Below, one piece after another: positions 47,104-61,054 of a stretch of 64,000 bases of DNA (positions are counted from its first letter, which is position 1; every line of letters starts with the position of its first letter). The stretch comes from Owenia fusiformis. Taxonomy: Eukaryota. Where the stretch lies: the NCBI GenBank assembly GCA_903813345.2, contig CAIIXF020000001.1:32550001-32614000 (forward strand), read 5' to 3'. Below the pieces are notes generated by a model. The model had not been told where the DNA came from. It did no database searches and saw nothing but the letters and a program-made list of their open reading frames with translations. Made by a program: the position numbers and the translations under genes.

Positions 47104-49725
47104 GTATTAAAATCTCTATTAGAAGAAATGATCCTTTGAAATTGCCAGATCTATTATTTTAACTTAAGAGGTATGTAATGTATGGAGGCTACTTCGCAGC
47201 TGTTATCTACGAGATTCGAGGGGATTCTGTAAAACAAGCTGTGTCGGAGATTTATATCGCCAACCCTATCATTGAGACTTTCTTTTAACAATAATTATTG
47301 CACAATATGAATTGCAGCCTCTTTTTATGCTTTATACTGTGCATATACATTTGTATTAGTAATAATGTATTCCCAATGTTCATTATGAAGCAAATATCGT
47401 GCTTCCCCAATCAACTGTAATGTCTCAAACACGATTAAATGAGCCTTGAGTGATCTGAGAAAATATACGTAATAACTTCATGAAGACATGAGAATTAGAC
47501 AATTTCAGCAATAATAGTGTTGATTTCATTTGCTGCAAGCACGATATCTCACAAAGGGGCTTACGTAAATCGTGATAAAAAGTCCTTCCCCGAGGATTTT
47601 AATTAGATCTGACGCTAAAGACGCTAAACTTCGGAGTGCAAGTTCTTTTTCCAAAATGTAGTATTCTGTTGGAAAATGATTGTTACTTTAGAAATGAAGT
47701 TATCAGCCTGTGATTTAATGGTCCTAATTAAAGACTTTGCTTCCTACACATATTTTGACAAGGTATCTTGATTAACACCCATCTTAGTGATATCTAGCTT
47801 GTTGATGCAGCCTGGTTGTTGTTTTATGTTAAGGTGGTTGAACAGCTCGAGCGTCAGCGTTGTAATTATCATCAGTGCAAAGTTAGAAATCCTCATCTAA
47901 ATGCTCTAGTGGCTTATCTATATTGACATGTAAAAAATTCAAATGATTTATTCATTATTAGTACACATTTCAGTTTGCACAAGCTACCGAGTGTGAGAAA
48001 ACGTTACGTGAGGACATAAAACATATAATTAAAGGCGAGCCTCTGCGTGTCGGAACATATCCGTTTTGATTATGATGAGGATTTATTAGGTTTGCAGTCA
48101 GAAGTGGAATACAAGAATATATCTTGGTGTAGTTTATAACACTCGTTCAAGGCATGACGATCCTCCACTTCCGTATTAAGATTAGACCCCAAAGTCAAGA
48201 CCCTTCAGAAATCACAGCTTTGTCAGGAATTAGAATTCGCCGTGATGGATATCATAAATTTTTGATTCACGAACCATCTTCACATAATGATAATCATGAT
48301 CGGGTGAATGAGGCTGCTTAGATAAGACAAAACGGGAATATAACTAAAGGCAAGGTTTAATTTGCTTTATAACCCAATCTTTCAGAAGAAACTATCCGAC
48401 ATGGCGACCTAGAAATCAAACTAAAAAATTGTATGCGTGAACTTAATATACAAGATCAACTCTTGAACGTTCTGCATGAGAATCGTACACGTATTGTAGT
48501 ATTGAGCTGTATAAATGTTTTCTGCCTTATACTTTTCAAATATACCCAATGGGACTGAAAGATATGGTAGATACAACTCTAAAAAAGTAAATTTGGCTGG
48601 AAGTCATCCGGGCAACCACATTCTCTTCTCTTCAATCAGACTCCAACGAATTCCTCAAATTATCACATCCCCAAGTGCCATAGTATCCAGGGCTCGCTTT
48701 GTACGCATGCATTCTTTAAGAAAATGAATGAGGTCGTTAAATTCAAACGCAGAATCTCTGTTGATTTCAGCAAACATATTCATGGATTCCATGGTTTCAA
48801 CTCTTGCAAGGAAATGTTTTAAGAGCAGGTAAGTATTAATTACCCAAATTACTTTCAGATATTACTTCCTGTGGTCTAATCAGTATTTTGTATCTAGGAG
48901 CCGCAGAACAGCTTCCATCAGAGCAAAATCATGTACTTTACAGATGTTTGCTATGATACCCATTGCTATCGCCGCTAGTGGGATTTTTCTACGTGGAAGA
49001 CGCATGTTATGAGTAAGAAGGGCATAGGGCGTGCAAGAGGAGGAAATGTGAATTGGTCAATGTACACAAATATGATGAGGTTTTGGTACTCGTATTATGT
49101 AAGAGAGCAGACTTTTTGATTTTCGTGGGATATTCTTGTTGAAATCTTTTGACATGGAGGTGAGATGCTTAGCTGTATTTCTCTGAAATTCTTTGAAAAT
49201 CGATGGGCTGCGATTTGAGAAATTCTAATTCGAACTTTGTCAATTGAACATGCATTCCAATGGTACAAAAAGTAAGGAGAGTTCTACCATCGTGTAATGC
49301 AGATCATATCAAGTTCAATAGTTCCGACGTGATCATGTTTACTACGCGTTTGCCCGTCATCATTCTCAGAATTGAGGAAATGGTAGCAAACGCGAGTTAC
49401 AATAAATGGACGCTGATATCTCAAAAAGTAACCTGACTCCCTATAATTTGATGTAGATCAATTGAACCCCTATATGAACAGGTACATTTTGATATATAAC
49501 ACTTTGGGGGGTAAGCGTTTTACAGTTGATCACGATCGCCATATGTGCAAAGTATTGTTCTGAATAGTTAGTACTGATAGTTAGTACATTATTTTATTTA
49601 TTTGGAACATGGTTAGTTTGAAATAGAAGGATGACAAAAGATACTATGTTTTTAGATAACAGACATAGAGATCGGTAATGTCATGAACAATATAAAAAGA
49701 TTAACACGGACGTGATTGCAATGAT

Positions 49726-51358
49726 CAGACCCGTAAGACACTTTTCTCCAAGGGGGGTGCGGTTTTTAATAAAGAGAAAATAAAATTGTCATTTTTTCCG
49801 CGTAAATCAAATCGCGTAAGTCAGAGGGGGGGGGGGTCAGTTACTCTCTATATTAAGGCCACTCAGCCTATTTTGTAGTATTTTATTGTTTTCATATTGT
49901 TTTTACACTAAATATTGTATGATTTCATTATGTCACTTGGTGATTTCTGGGGACTTTTAAAGTGTTTAAAATTCCCATTCCCATAAACATTCCCAATTGT
50001 TTTGTGGGGGTGTGAGGAGTGCTTTCAAAATGTATGGAGTCATTGTATGGAGGTGGGGATGCCAGATGGGGAGCAAGGGGTTTTCCCTCAGAAACATTGA
50101 CCATTTGAAGGTGCTTTTTGATGATGTCTGGGCACTCTGAGATAATACATGAAATTCATATTTTTTTCAATTGTTTTGTGGGGGGTGTGATGAGTGACCA
50201 TCTCTCCTAGAAAATTTTACAATTTTAAGATGATATTTGGTGCTTTCTGGGCATTTTTAAAGTGTATGAGTCAATAAAAAAAAGAAAGAACAACAATCAC
50301 AATTTTTTCAAATTTTGGGGGTGTCAAAGGGATGGGGGGGGGGGGGGTTCCAAAGGGGAAGGTAGGGTTCGGGTTCCAGAAGGGGGAGCAAGTGTTTGTC
50401 CCCCATATCTGTCCCCAGAAACATTGACCATATAAAGGTGCTATTTGATGAAGTCTGGGCACCTAAAATGTGTCTGAGACATACATGAAATAAATTCAGA
50501 ATTTTTGTCAATTGTTTTGTGGGGGATGTGAGGGGTGGCCTACTTCCTTAGAAATTTTACAATTTTAAGATACTATTTGGTGCTTTCTTGGCACTTTTAA
50601 AGTGTATGAGTCAATAATTTTCTTTTTTTGGGGGGGGTCCAAGGGGAGGGGGGGTTTGGTGCCAGAGGGGGAGGTGGGATGAGGATGCCGAGGGGTAGCA
50701 AGTGTTAGTCTTCCAGAAACATTGACTATATCAAGGAGCTATTTGATGACGTCTGGGCACTTTAAAAGTGTCTGAGACAATACCTAAAATAAATTCAGAA
50801 CTTTTCAATTGTTTTGTGGGGCGGGGTGAGGGGTGGCCCACTCCCCCCCCCCCCCTAGAAAATTTTACAATTTTATGATGCTATTTGGTGCTTACTGGAC
50901 ACTTTCAAAGTGTATGAGTCAATAAAAAAGATAAGAAAAAATCATATTTTTTCAATTCTTTGGGGGGGGGGGGTGTCCAAGGGAGGGGGGTGACCGAGGG
51001 GGAGGTGGGGTGACGATGCCAGAGGGGGAGCAAGTGCTAGTCCCCCAGAAACACTGACTATATCAAGGAGCTATTTGATGATGTCTGGGCACTTTAAAAG
51101 TGTCTGAGACAATACATAAAATAAGTTCAGAACTTTTCAATTGTTTTGTGGGGGTGTGAGGGGTGGCCCACTCCCCCTAGAAAATTTTACAATTTTAAGA
51201 TACTATTTGTTGCTTTTTGGGCACTTTCAAAGTGTATGAGTCAATGGAAAAAAAATTGTAAAAAAAAATTAAAAAAAAAAAAAATTACCAAATTTATTTT
51301 GGGGGGTGTCAGAGGGGGGAGCGGTCGCACCCATCGCACCCCCCATCTGACGGCCATG
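49726..51358. mobile_element. hAT-like non-autonomous element containing a G-rich ~300-340-bp tandem array (4-5 copies)
   Basis: Weak TIRs CAGACCCGTAAGA / rc CATGGCCGTCAGA; repeated CAATTGTTTTGTGGGGG..AATTTTACAATTTTAAGAT..CCAGAAACATTGAC units; no clean 8-bp TSD. Confidence 0.55.
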
Positions 51359-51421
51359 ATGATGTCAAAGGACGCGCGCAGTAGTCGTGCCTGTTACAAT
51401 CACAGAAAGTAGACAGACACG

Positions 51422-51672
51422 CATGGACGTAGCCAGGGTGCAGTCTCCTCACCAAAAAAGGAAAAAGCAATTTTGTAAAATTTGTTGAAAAAACATTAAC
51501 AAACTATAGTTTAAAGTGCTTAAAATGCACCATAAAAATGTAAATTAAAAAAAAAATCCAGGGTTGAACCCCCGTACCCCCCCCCCCCCCATTTTGGGAC
51601 TCGCTTCGCTCGCAATGATGCAAACCCCAAAAAAAATTCACCCCGCCCCTTGGCATGCTGGCTACGCCCCTC
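51422..51672. mobile_element. Degraded hAT-like MITE
   Basis: CATGGACGTAGCCAG ... CTGGCTACGCCCCTC termini; TSD not recognisable. Confidence 0.45.
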
Positions 51673-53031
51673 GACAATAAGGCATATCAACCAATTAGCA
51701 ATCATTCAAATCAAGATCAATGTAGGACAACAAAATTGTACCAACATTATCATTTTAATCACCTTTTAAAACTACTCTGAAAATAAGATCTTGAAATATG
51801 AAATGAAGCACCTTAATAGAGTTATAGTGACCGCAAATTCAGAACGTAATTGCATTGATCAATATGTAAAAAGAGAAAAGGTACTAAATTCTTTATCTCT
51901 AGTATTCATACAACCTCGAAGGTTGGGAAACCATTCCAATACCAAGCTAATAACTATGATTAGATAAGAGTATAAAATGAGGATGTACATGAATCTTCAG
52001 TTAGCTATCGGCAGTCATGCTCAGATCTACAACAAACACTATTAAGAAGACGCGTATACTATTTACAAGTTCATCATCTGATTTCAATCTTGTCCTGACG
52101 CTACCGATTGCACTTGACCTTAGATATTGGGTTTATTGGGCGAGCATCCGTTTCCGAGACAAAATAATTATGGGAGAGAATGGTATGGCTGGTATACTTC
52201 TCGGGAATGGGTCGAGTTCATTAAGTTATGGTATGAAATGAAATAAGCCATTTATCAACCTAATATACAGACGCTATTGGTTTTATAATTCTACTATTTG
52301 ATATGTAGTAAAGAACTGCACAAGATAATTGTTCTTTTATCGGAATAACACAGATACCATTGGGTATTGATGTGTCAAAATTATTATTCACACCATTAAC
52401 AATGTTTTAACCTAGGCGGTATATTTGCGTTTTAATCATTGAACTTGAATACCTGAAATAAACATAAAAATACCAGATAAGTTCACGAAGCATATCAAGT
52501 GGAAAACGATGTCGAGTAGTTACTCGAGTAGTATCCCGTGTCGAGACTATAGTCCTGAGAACGGTCCGATCTTTTGCCTGTACGATTACAACACAGGAAA
52601 ATAATCCACGCCTCCTACACTTGAAATACCCACCTCGATACATTCCTGAGTATATTAGGGCTCTTTTATGTAGTTGAATCCCCAATCGTATTTAGGTTTT
52701 TCGGCAAAATATCGCACCTCTTTTCAAGATGGCTGAAGGGGAACCTCCTTATTCGAGCCCGGGTGTTTTCAAATAAGACCTTCATAAAAAACTGATTCAC
52801 CTATTAAATGTGTCAATGAAAGGGTACGATCAAATAGAAACGCGTCCCGTAGGTCAAATATCTGCAATATACGAAAATAATACGAAGAGAAGTACACAAT
52901 TATGGGCATAACACAAGTACAAAAGCTAAAAATATACTTTTAGGATTTTTTCATAATCGTGATATTTTTCCTATAATCGGCTTAAACATGGAAAAATATT
53001 GCTCCAATGAAACATAAATATTGTAATCATC

Positions 53032-54359
53032 AAAGGAGTGGTATCGATATGGTGAACTTTTTGAACACACGTTTCTCTTAAACCAGTCATAAAAAATCTA
53101 AAAATTAACACATCGTCAATTTAATGGTCATCTTTTGGATGGTAACAATATAATTTGAAATGTATATATATATACTTTCATCTATATTGTTTTAATTAGA
53201 AAACACATCAAACACTTGTTTTGTTCTTGGTATCCAGAGTGAAATGAATCATCTTTCCGAACCTCATTGGAACAAAACGACATAAACACAACATGTATTT
53301 AGATCTCTCAATATTGTAATTGTACAAAGGAAATTTTGGTTGATTTTAAAAAAGTATCTTGTTAATGAAATACAAGAACACATATGTGTACAACATGTTC
53401 CCACCAATGGTTGATCCCGTCAAATGGTTATCCTGAAAATGGGTAGGCAAGATTACAATTTACCCAGAATGCCAAAAATTAGTCAGTTTTGGATTTTCAT
53501 ACCAGAACCACCCCTGAAAATTTAAAATTGATCTGTCAAACAGTTAACCAGAAAACGTGACAAGAGTTTAGGATGGAAAATCCAAAATGGCTGCCGTGAC
53601 ATTTACCCAGAGAGCCAAAAAACTAATCAGATCTAGATTTTTATAGATTAAGAATCATCTCTGAAAATTCAAAATTGATCTACCAAACGGTTCATCTGCA
53701 AACGCGCAGACAAGACTTTCAGACAAGATTTTGGGATGGAAAAATCCAAAATGGCCGACAGTAAAAAAAGTGATTGTGAGTTTTTGCTGATTTCTTTTTA
53801 CAAAATTATCACATATACCTACTGTTAACAATAACATAGGCTTTTACAAGAAAGCTTGACATTTCAGATCTAGATTTTTATATTACGAATCATCTCTGAA
53901 AATTTAAAATTGATCCAAACGGTTCACCTGGCAGACAAGACTTACAGACAAGATTTTGGGATGGAAAAATCCAAAATGGCCGACAATAAAAAAGTGATTA
54001 TGAGTTTTTGCTGATTTCTTTTTACAAAATTCTCACATATACCTACTGTTAACAATAACATAGGCTTTTACAAGAAAGTACACCTGAAATTATTTATTTA
54101 GCTACTAAATAGTTAAAGTATGAAAACTCAAAACACCATTCAATATGATACAAAGTATTATCGCAAAAACAATCGCACTAAAAAAATGTTAACACGTCAA
54201 ACAGTTATATAAAATATTTCTAAATAATTTTCGCATTAAATTGTTGTCAGTCAGTCAACATTACATAAAATACCGTGTTTTTTGCAGAATGCTTTCAATA
54301 ATTGGTTTAAGAAAAAAAACATTGTTGAATTCAGTTCACCATATCGATACATATCCTTT
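53032..54359. mobile_element. AAAGG...CCTTT-ended element, copy 2 (inverted relative to 29454-32048), with a Helentron-like insert
   Basis: Same TIRs and body as copy 1; ~53372-54150 is absent from copy 1, begins ACAAGAAAC..CCCACC and contains a ~235-bp duplication with AAAATCCAAAATGGC motifs. Confidence 0.72.
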
Positions 54360-54575
54360 CAAAAATTTCGAACACAATAATTTTCTTACATGAATGGTAT
54401 TCAAACAACAGGGCTGGCGTATGTATTGATGTTCAGATAGTCCCCATTCCATTTCTGAGACCCCAGATGATCGTCTCTTATGAGGAAACGTAGATGGATG
54501 GTCCAGAAAATTGATATAAAACTAACATTTTTCGAAATACACTATTATGACGTGCACGGACCTGGGGACAATTGG

Positions 54576-54659
54576 TACCCTTTGCATTCGTTTGACTTCA
54601 CTTCTTAAAAGAGAGCTTCGTCTTCGTCTGTAGTTTAACTAGACTCTGCACGCAGGGTA
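54576..54659. mobile_element. 76-bp micro-element family, copy 3 (84 bp), 9-bp TSD
   Basis: GACAATTGG at 54567-54575 and 54660-54668; reverse complement of 5047-5122 with a small internal expansion. Confidence 0.85.
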
Positions 54660-56370
54660 GACAATTGGGGAAATGCGGGGTAATCTCAGCTTAAAGCGTT
54701 AATCTCTGCCTTATTTGAAAAGCTAACTATGTGTTTTATGTATCATTTTGAAGTATTTTTTATTCACATTTCAGTGAAATTATTTTTCTTGAAAAGTTCG
54801 ATGGGATTTTCCATATTTTAAAGGTTAAATATACCTATAACCCGACATCGTCAAATACGCTGTAAGACGTAACACTTTACGCTTACACGGTTCGTTGAAA
54901 TTGGGATAACTTTTGAAATAATGATCAGAATCCCACTGAAATTTCACATTTTATTCAATGGAACATGCGCATTTATGACGTCATAATTGCGTTTCAGTTC
55001 AAATTGTCTTATATGAACGTTTTTAAAATTTTCAAAATTGTGTAAGGTTTCGAAGGCGAAGGGGACGAGCAATAAATTAACCTTGATTTAACCTTCTAAT
55101 TTAGGTCTGATTTGAAAGAAATTGCACAATATTGTCACGGCGAAATTTACAAAACAATAACAGGTTTGTTTCTTTCACAAATAATATTAAAATAATAGCT
55201 GGTTTTCGAGACTTGAAAAATTGTGACGCATCGATTTTTTACCTCAAATTCCATACATATCATTTTCTACTAACGCCCCAAGTAGATTTCCTCACCGTTT
55301 CTCAAAATTCAAAAAAACATTTTAGAAATATTGTCCTCGAGATCGTGCTACCCTGTGAATTTTATCATGATGAAATAAGGGTTGACTAAACTTGAAACAG
55401 ATGTAACGCTCGCCGTTTTTGACGTTATAAGGCAATTTGCGCTCTATACTGCTCATTGTTTTATTTTGGCATTTTGACGCCATAATGTTACGCTTATTTC
55501 CCCCAGTTTCGTGCGACGTGTAACAGGATTTTGAAAAAAATCAAATATTTGAAAGAAGAGGTCCATTTAACAGGCTATTGGTCCACTTACATTTTTAACA
55601 CAAACGTGTATCAGTATCATATGTTTAAGAAAATTACATATTTGCGAACAAATAGTTCAGAAGACAACAGAATCGTCGATTTAATTCTTTACATACATAA
55701 ACGGTTTTTCGAAAAACAGTTAATCTGTTGGGATTCTACCTACAACGCGTGAAATAAGGAAAAATCGTACCTTCGACGTTCCGACATTTTGTTACCAAAA
55801 CGAACCGTTTCGGTAACCAGCGTAATCGAGCGGATTACCACCAGTGATTCTTCCATTTCCTTTTAAAACTGATTGCATGTTGTAGATAAACCTTTTTTCT
55901 TGAGATGTTTTCAGTTTCTTTGAAAAACTGGAAGCAAGAACCCCTGCCCCAAGGCTGTCTGAATATTGGTACAGACTATGTTTACCATCAAAATAATATC
56001 AAAACTTATCATTATATAGAAGTTATTATATGGAACATATGGCAAACAAGCATTGGGAGTAGAATATTGACAAAAGCCAACTGTGTATGTAGTTTATCTT
56101 TCCAAATCTGGAAAACAGTGTTATTTTTTGTTCACTTTGTTATCAAGTTTTAGCATGGTGCTCATACCCTTTCATTGTAAAGTTAGCCATCGGCCCACAC
56201 CCCCACAAAAAATTTTAAAACTGTATATTGCAGACACTGTAAACTAGCTTCTCTGCAAATATTATTGTGAGAGTGTGGATTCACCACTAAAACTTAAATT
56301 CTGTGATGAAAATAAGGCTGACTGGTTTATGTTTTCAATATGGCTACTAACTGTGCATACATGTACTATA

Positions 56371-59300
56371 CAGGATGTCCCGAAAGTATGCCCCCCCCCC
56401 CTAGGCAGACATATACCAATGTCTCCATAGAATGTGTCATGTATAATTTTAAAGCTTATCCAAAGTTACATTGATTTGCCAAGTATCATGGTTCAACTCA
56501 CAAATGGTAAAAAGTTACAGGCATTTCAAAACTTAGTGTTTGGTCAAAAACATAGTTCATTTCAGTATCTTGACAACAGTCCTGACCTGAATGTGACCGA
56601 AAATATGGGTGCTATTAACGAAGATATGATGGATATTGAGTTCTAAAAGGGGACATTGAGGGTAGATTCTCCAAGGAAATTCTTCTAAAATACCTTAAAG
56701 TGTGCGCCAAAATTTAAAACTGCGCAGGCGCAGCGCTCTCGCTAACCTGTATAAAGAGATTACAAGGTACAGGCTTCAGAGGTAAGCCAGGAAGGTGTAC
56801 AACTGTCGTCCCGTGTTGATTTCCCGTATAATCGTAATCAGGCAAGTTTCACCATTGGAATTGAAAATGATATTTTCTAACGATTGAGCGTAGCGAATAA
56901 GTTTGAAAATTATTTAATACAGGTACTTCACACTGTTTTGATATCAGATTTGGAGAAGGTGTTCTATAGTTTGTTACGGGGGTGTATATTTGAGTATGTT
57001 CTGTTCTATTTAAGTGACGACAAACGGTGGTATTGATTGAATGAGTTGTGAGTGATTTATGTTTAGGAAATAGGTTTTGAGTCATTCGGCTTTGTGACGC
57101 TAACACGGCAGCATTTGCTAAATTTACCAAACAACTTTAAGGTTAACTGTTTTAAAATATTTTGTCAAATGTATTTTTACTTTGATATAAAGTTAGAAAT
57201 AGTTTTTGTTTTAAGTAAATTGTGTGTTTCGAATTCTTAAATCCTACAAACGCCAATTTCATCTTAGGGGTAGGTGGACCTCCTTGTATATAAAAAACAA
57301 AATGTACAAGGTACCTTTCGCACTTTGCAAAAGGGGTCGCCGCGAGGTTGGCATTAAAGAATTCAATTATTAGCCTACAGGGCATAAGTACTGTAAATAT
57401 AATACTAAGAAATTGTATACAGAGTATGTTAGCAAGGTTTCCGAAACCACATGAATATAAAATGTAAATTATTTATAATAATTCATAACTGAGATAAAAA
57501 GCTGGATAAAAAGCTTTGCCTCTGAGGCATATGGAACGGGTTTAATGTTTGGGCAAGGAGTGACCATATATTTGATTATTTATAATTTCAGACGAGACTC
57601 GTCTCTGAGACGTTTGTGGAGCTATAAAAGATTACTATTTATAAATTATAAGATTTGAGATATTTGCCCCCGAGGCTAAATAATGATTTCATTTTGAAAT
57701 TTGTCAAAAGAATTAAGTCCCATGAATCAATATTGGACTATTATGGAGTTTTTGCCTCAGGAGCATCTGGAGATAAGGAATATTTGGTATTATAAGTTTA
57801 CCTCTGGAGAACACGTACTTTAGAAGTTAATAGAATCTTAATATATGCCAGGATTATGATCAGATCATTGGACTATTATTCAAGTTTGCCCATCGGGGCA
57901 TCTGTGCATAAGTAATATTTAATATTAAACGTTTACCTCCGAGGGATGTGTACTTTAGAAGTTGATTACTGAATATTAATGATATATGGCTTTGAATGCC
58001 AGGATTATGATCAGATCAATTGAACTATTATTTAAGTTTGCCCATCGGGGCATCTGTGCATAAGTAATATTTAATATTAAAAGTTTACCTCCGAGGGATG
58101 TGTACTTTAGAAGTTGATTACTGAATATTAATGATATATGGCTTTGTATGCCAGGATTATGATCCGATCATAAGTCCGGGACACCTCCGAGGTGCTGCCC
58201 AAAGGGTCATTGTGTATGTGGAGTTTGTATGTACGATATATCATAGGCCAATAAATAACGACATAGCGGCACTTACGAGCCAATGCAAATAATATAATAT
58301 TAACAAAATATGGATTCATATGCCAGGATTAAGATCATTGGACTATTATTGAATTTTGCCTCTGGGGCATCTGTAGATAAATATTGTTTTTATATTATAT
58401 GACTGTTTACCTCTGAGGAATAATCCACTTTAGAAGTTAGAAAATATGATATCAATAATATGGCTTTAAATGCCGGGATTAAGATCAGGCAATTATTGAA
58501 TATTATTGAATTTTGTCTCCGGGGCATCTGTAGATAAGGATTGTTTTATATTATAAGTTTACCTCTGAGGAATAATCCATTTTAGAAGAATTAGAAAATA
58601 ATATTAATGATATGGCTTTAAATGCCGGGATTAAGATCATGTCACTGGACTATTATTGAATTTTGCCTCTGGGGCATCTGCACAATATTTGATATAAAAC
58701 GTTAACCTCTGATGGATTTAGAAGTTGATTACAGAATATTAATGATATATGGCTTTGTATGCCAGGATTATGATCCGATCATAAGCCCGGGACACCTCCG
58801 AGGTGCTGCCCAAAGGGTCATTGTGTATGTGGAGTTTGTATGTACGATATTATTATAGGCCAATAAATAGCGACATAGCGGCACATAAGAGCCAATGCAA
58901 ATTTATATGGTGGTTGTGTTCTTTTAAGATTTAAGTACGGAGGACCAGTTTTAATAACTATTAGATATACTTTGTAGATGTTTACATATGAACTGAGGTA
59001 TTAAGTGTATGCATCAATCAAATGGCTCATTTTGAACATATAAAAAGTATTTGTGTTTTGTTTCCCAGGAAATTGTATTCCCATGTAGTACACACATAAA
59101 TAGTGTACATTATGTTGTACTTGAATAGCCTGGCTAATATAATATTGAAGGGCATGCTGATTGTACACACGAGTACATGCATGAAGGCCTAATATTGATA
59201 TTGCTTGCATACCTAAGTAAAAATAAACTCTTCTAATCCCCTAATGTAAACACGGCGGTATACGTAGCCCGATTTATCGGGGGCTTTAAAAAGGTTTTAT

Positions 59301-59600
59301 GAGGATTACAAAATGCCACATCCGTATTTGAAGCATGTTTAAGGTCATATGGAAAGCATTGCTGCTGTTTAACATGGCCTAGGGAAACACACCAACTATT
59401 ACTCTGGTGTAAAATTGGCTTTAATTTCGGCCAAACACTAAATTTTGAAATGCCTGTAACTTTTTCCCATTTGTGAATTGAACAATGATACTTGACAAAT
59501 CAATGTAACTTTGGATGAGATTTGAAATGATATATGACACATACTATGGAGACATTGGTATATGTCTGCCTAGGGGGGCCCATACTTTCGGGACACCCTG
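56371..59600 (+). mobile_element. Tc1-like element, ~175-bp TIRs, TA TSD, transposase C-terminal remnant split by a TTAA insertion
   Basis: 56371-56545 vs rc 59429-59600; NSPDLNVTENM (56575-56607) is the Tc1 SPDLNPIEN motif; ..AAV*HGLGKHTNY near 59360-59400. Confidence 0.85.
56699..59285. mobile_element. TTAA-flanked insertion without clear TIRs, carrying a ~120-135-bp minisatellite
   Basis: TTAA at 56695-56698 and 59286-59289; removal rejoins the Tc1 frame (..LLKYL|KKVL..); tandem ATGCC(A/G)GGATTA..GGGGCATCTG..TTTAGAAGTT units 57600-58790. Confidence 0.6.
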
Positions 59601-60683
59601 TACATTATTGCATGCACCGATTAGGCCATTCAAAATTAATTATATGTTGACAGTCTGACGAATGGCCTTCTATTGACCTTATATTAAAAAGTACAAAACC
59701 TTTGTTTATTTAAAGGGTTTAATGTATTATTTGATAGTGAAAATGCAATAACACATTTTGGCAAAGCAAGTAACACACCTCTTGAATTCAGATGGCCTTG
59801 TTAATGAAGGCATGCTACTGAAGTTTATATACATGTAGTTTTTAATCAATCTGGGAAATCATTTCACTTTAATATGATCCAATTTCACAATTTTTTAAGT
59901 TCCCTTTGTCATTTAAATGCATAACAAGTACAAAGAAGATGGGAACATTTTTTCTGAAAACAGAGAAGTTTACACCCCAGTCACATTTCCTACGGCGACC
60001 TTGCGGTCTATCATTTCTGCGGCCAGTAACATTTCTACGCTCGCCGTGGAATTTCTGCGCTCTCATACTTTTGCAGTCACATTTCCCACGGCAGCCGCAC
60101 GGTGAATTTTAACTTTCTGTTGATAAATAATACTTTTTTCATTTTATTTACATCGGGACAATTTATAAATGTTATTCATAGTGTTAGGATGTAATATCAA
60201 ATGAAAAGTGATCATGAAACATTGACAAATAATGATTCAATCTTGTTGAGCCCGTTGATTTCTACGGGGACCTCAGAAATGAACAAATATTATAACTCCG
60301 AGTTATAATTTCTACGGCGACCCTGGCCTGCGGCCTGTAAAAAACTGGATACGCCGTACGGAGGCCGCAAGGCGAGCGTAGTTTTCCTACGCTCGCCGCA
60401 GAAATACACTGATTTAATTTATCTGCGGTCGACGCACGGCCTCCGTACGACAAATGTTACACCCCAGTCACATTTGACCGCAAAGTCCTTACTCAAGACT
60501 ATATCCTTCGTCACGTGACAATAGACTGAATAAATATCGCATCGTTGATTGGCCGACTGGTTTTGTTGCGGTTCACAAAACTCTGCGGGCAACTGCCAGG
60601 AGGAGAAATATTGAGAGTGAAATCAGCTGGGGTTTATTTACAAAGTGGTCGGTTAAATCGGGCTGATTTATCAAGGTGAGGTA

Positions 60684-61054
60684 GGCCAAACTGCCCTAAT
60701 ACGTCATTCCGCTGAATAGAAAAGTAGTTTTCAAAAATGAATGTAGTCCCAACACAATTGTGATCATGACGAGTCAGTAAGCTAGTATGTAGGTACAGTT
60801 GTCATCTTTTTACAATGACAACATGTCATTTCTTCTGAAAATGCGTTTATTCGGAAGGAAAATTTCGAGTCAAGTGGCGTATTAATTTTGCCTTGATTTT
60901 TGTGAATTTCAATTTCTGTCGGCAGAGAGAGGGGGTAGTGTTTGGCCCCTATTGAGTTTCGTGTCAAAATGTAGCTTAGACATAGCTTTAGAACCTCAGA
61001 TAGGCCAGTGAGGCCACATAAATCCATAACTTGAGACTAGTTTGGTGACGTGAA
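60684..61054. mobile_element. Truncated second copy of the 1400-1862 MITE
   Basis: Direct high-similarity match to ~1400-1846 with internal deletions; right TIR missing. Confidence 0.75.

Noticed and set aside
59967..60480. GC-richer block with repeated ACACCCCAGTCACATTT and CTACG/CGGCC motifs
   Set aside because: Probably DNA-transposon fragments, but only same-orientation ends are seen and boundaries or TSD could not be defined.
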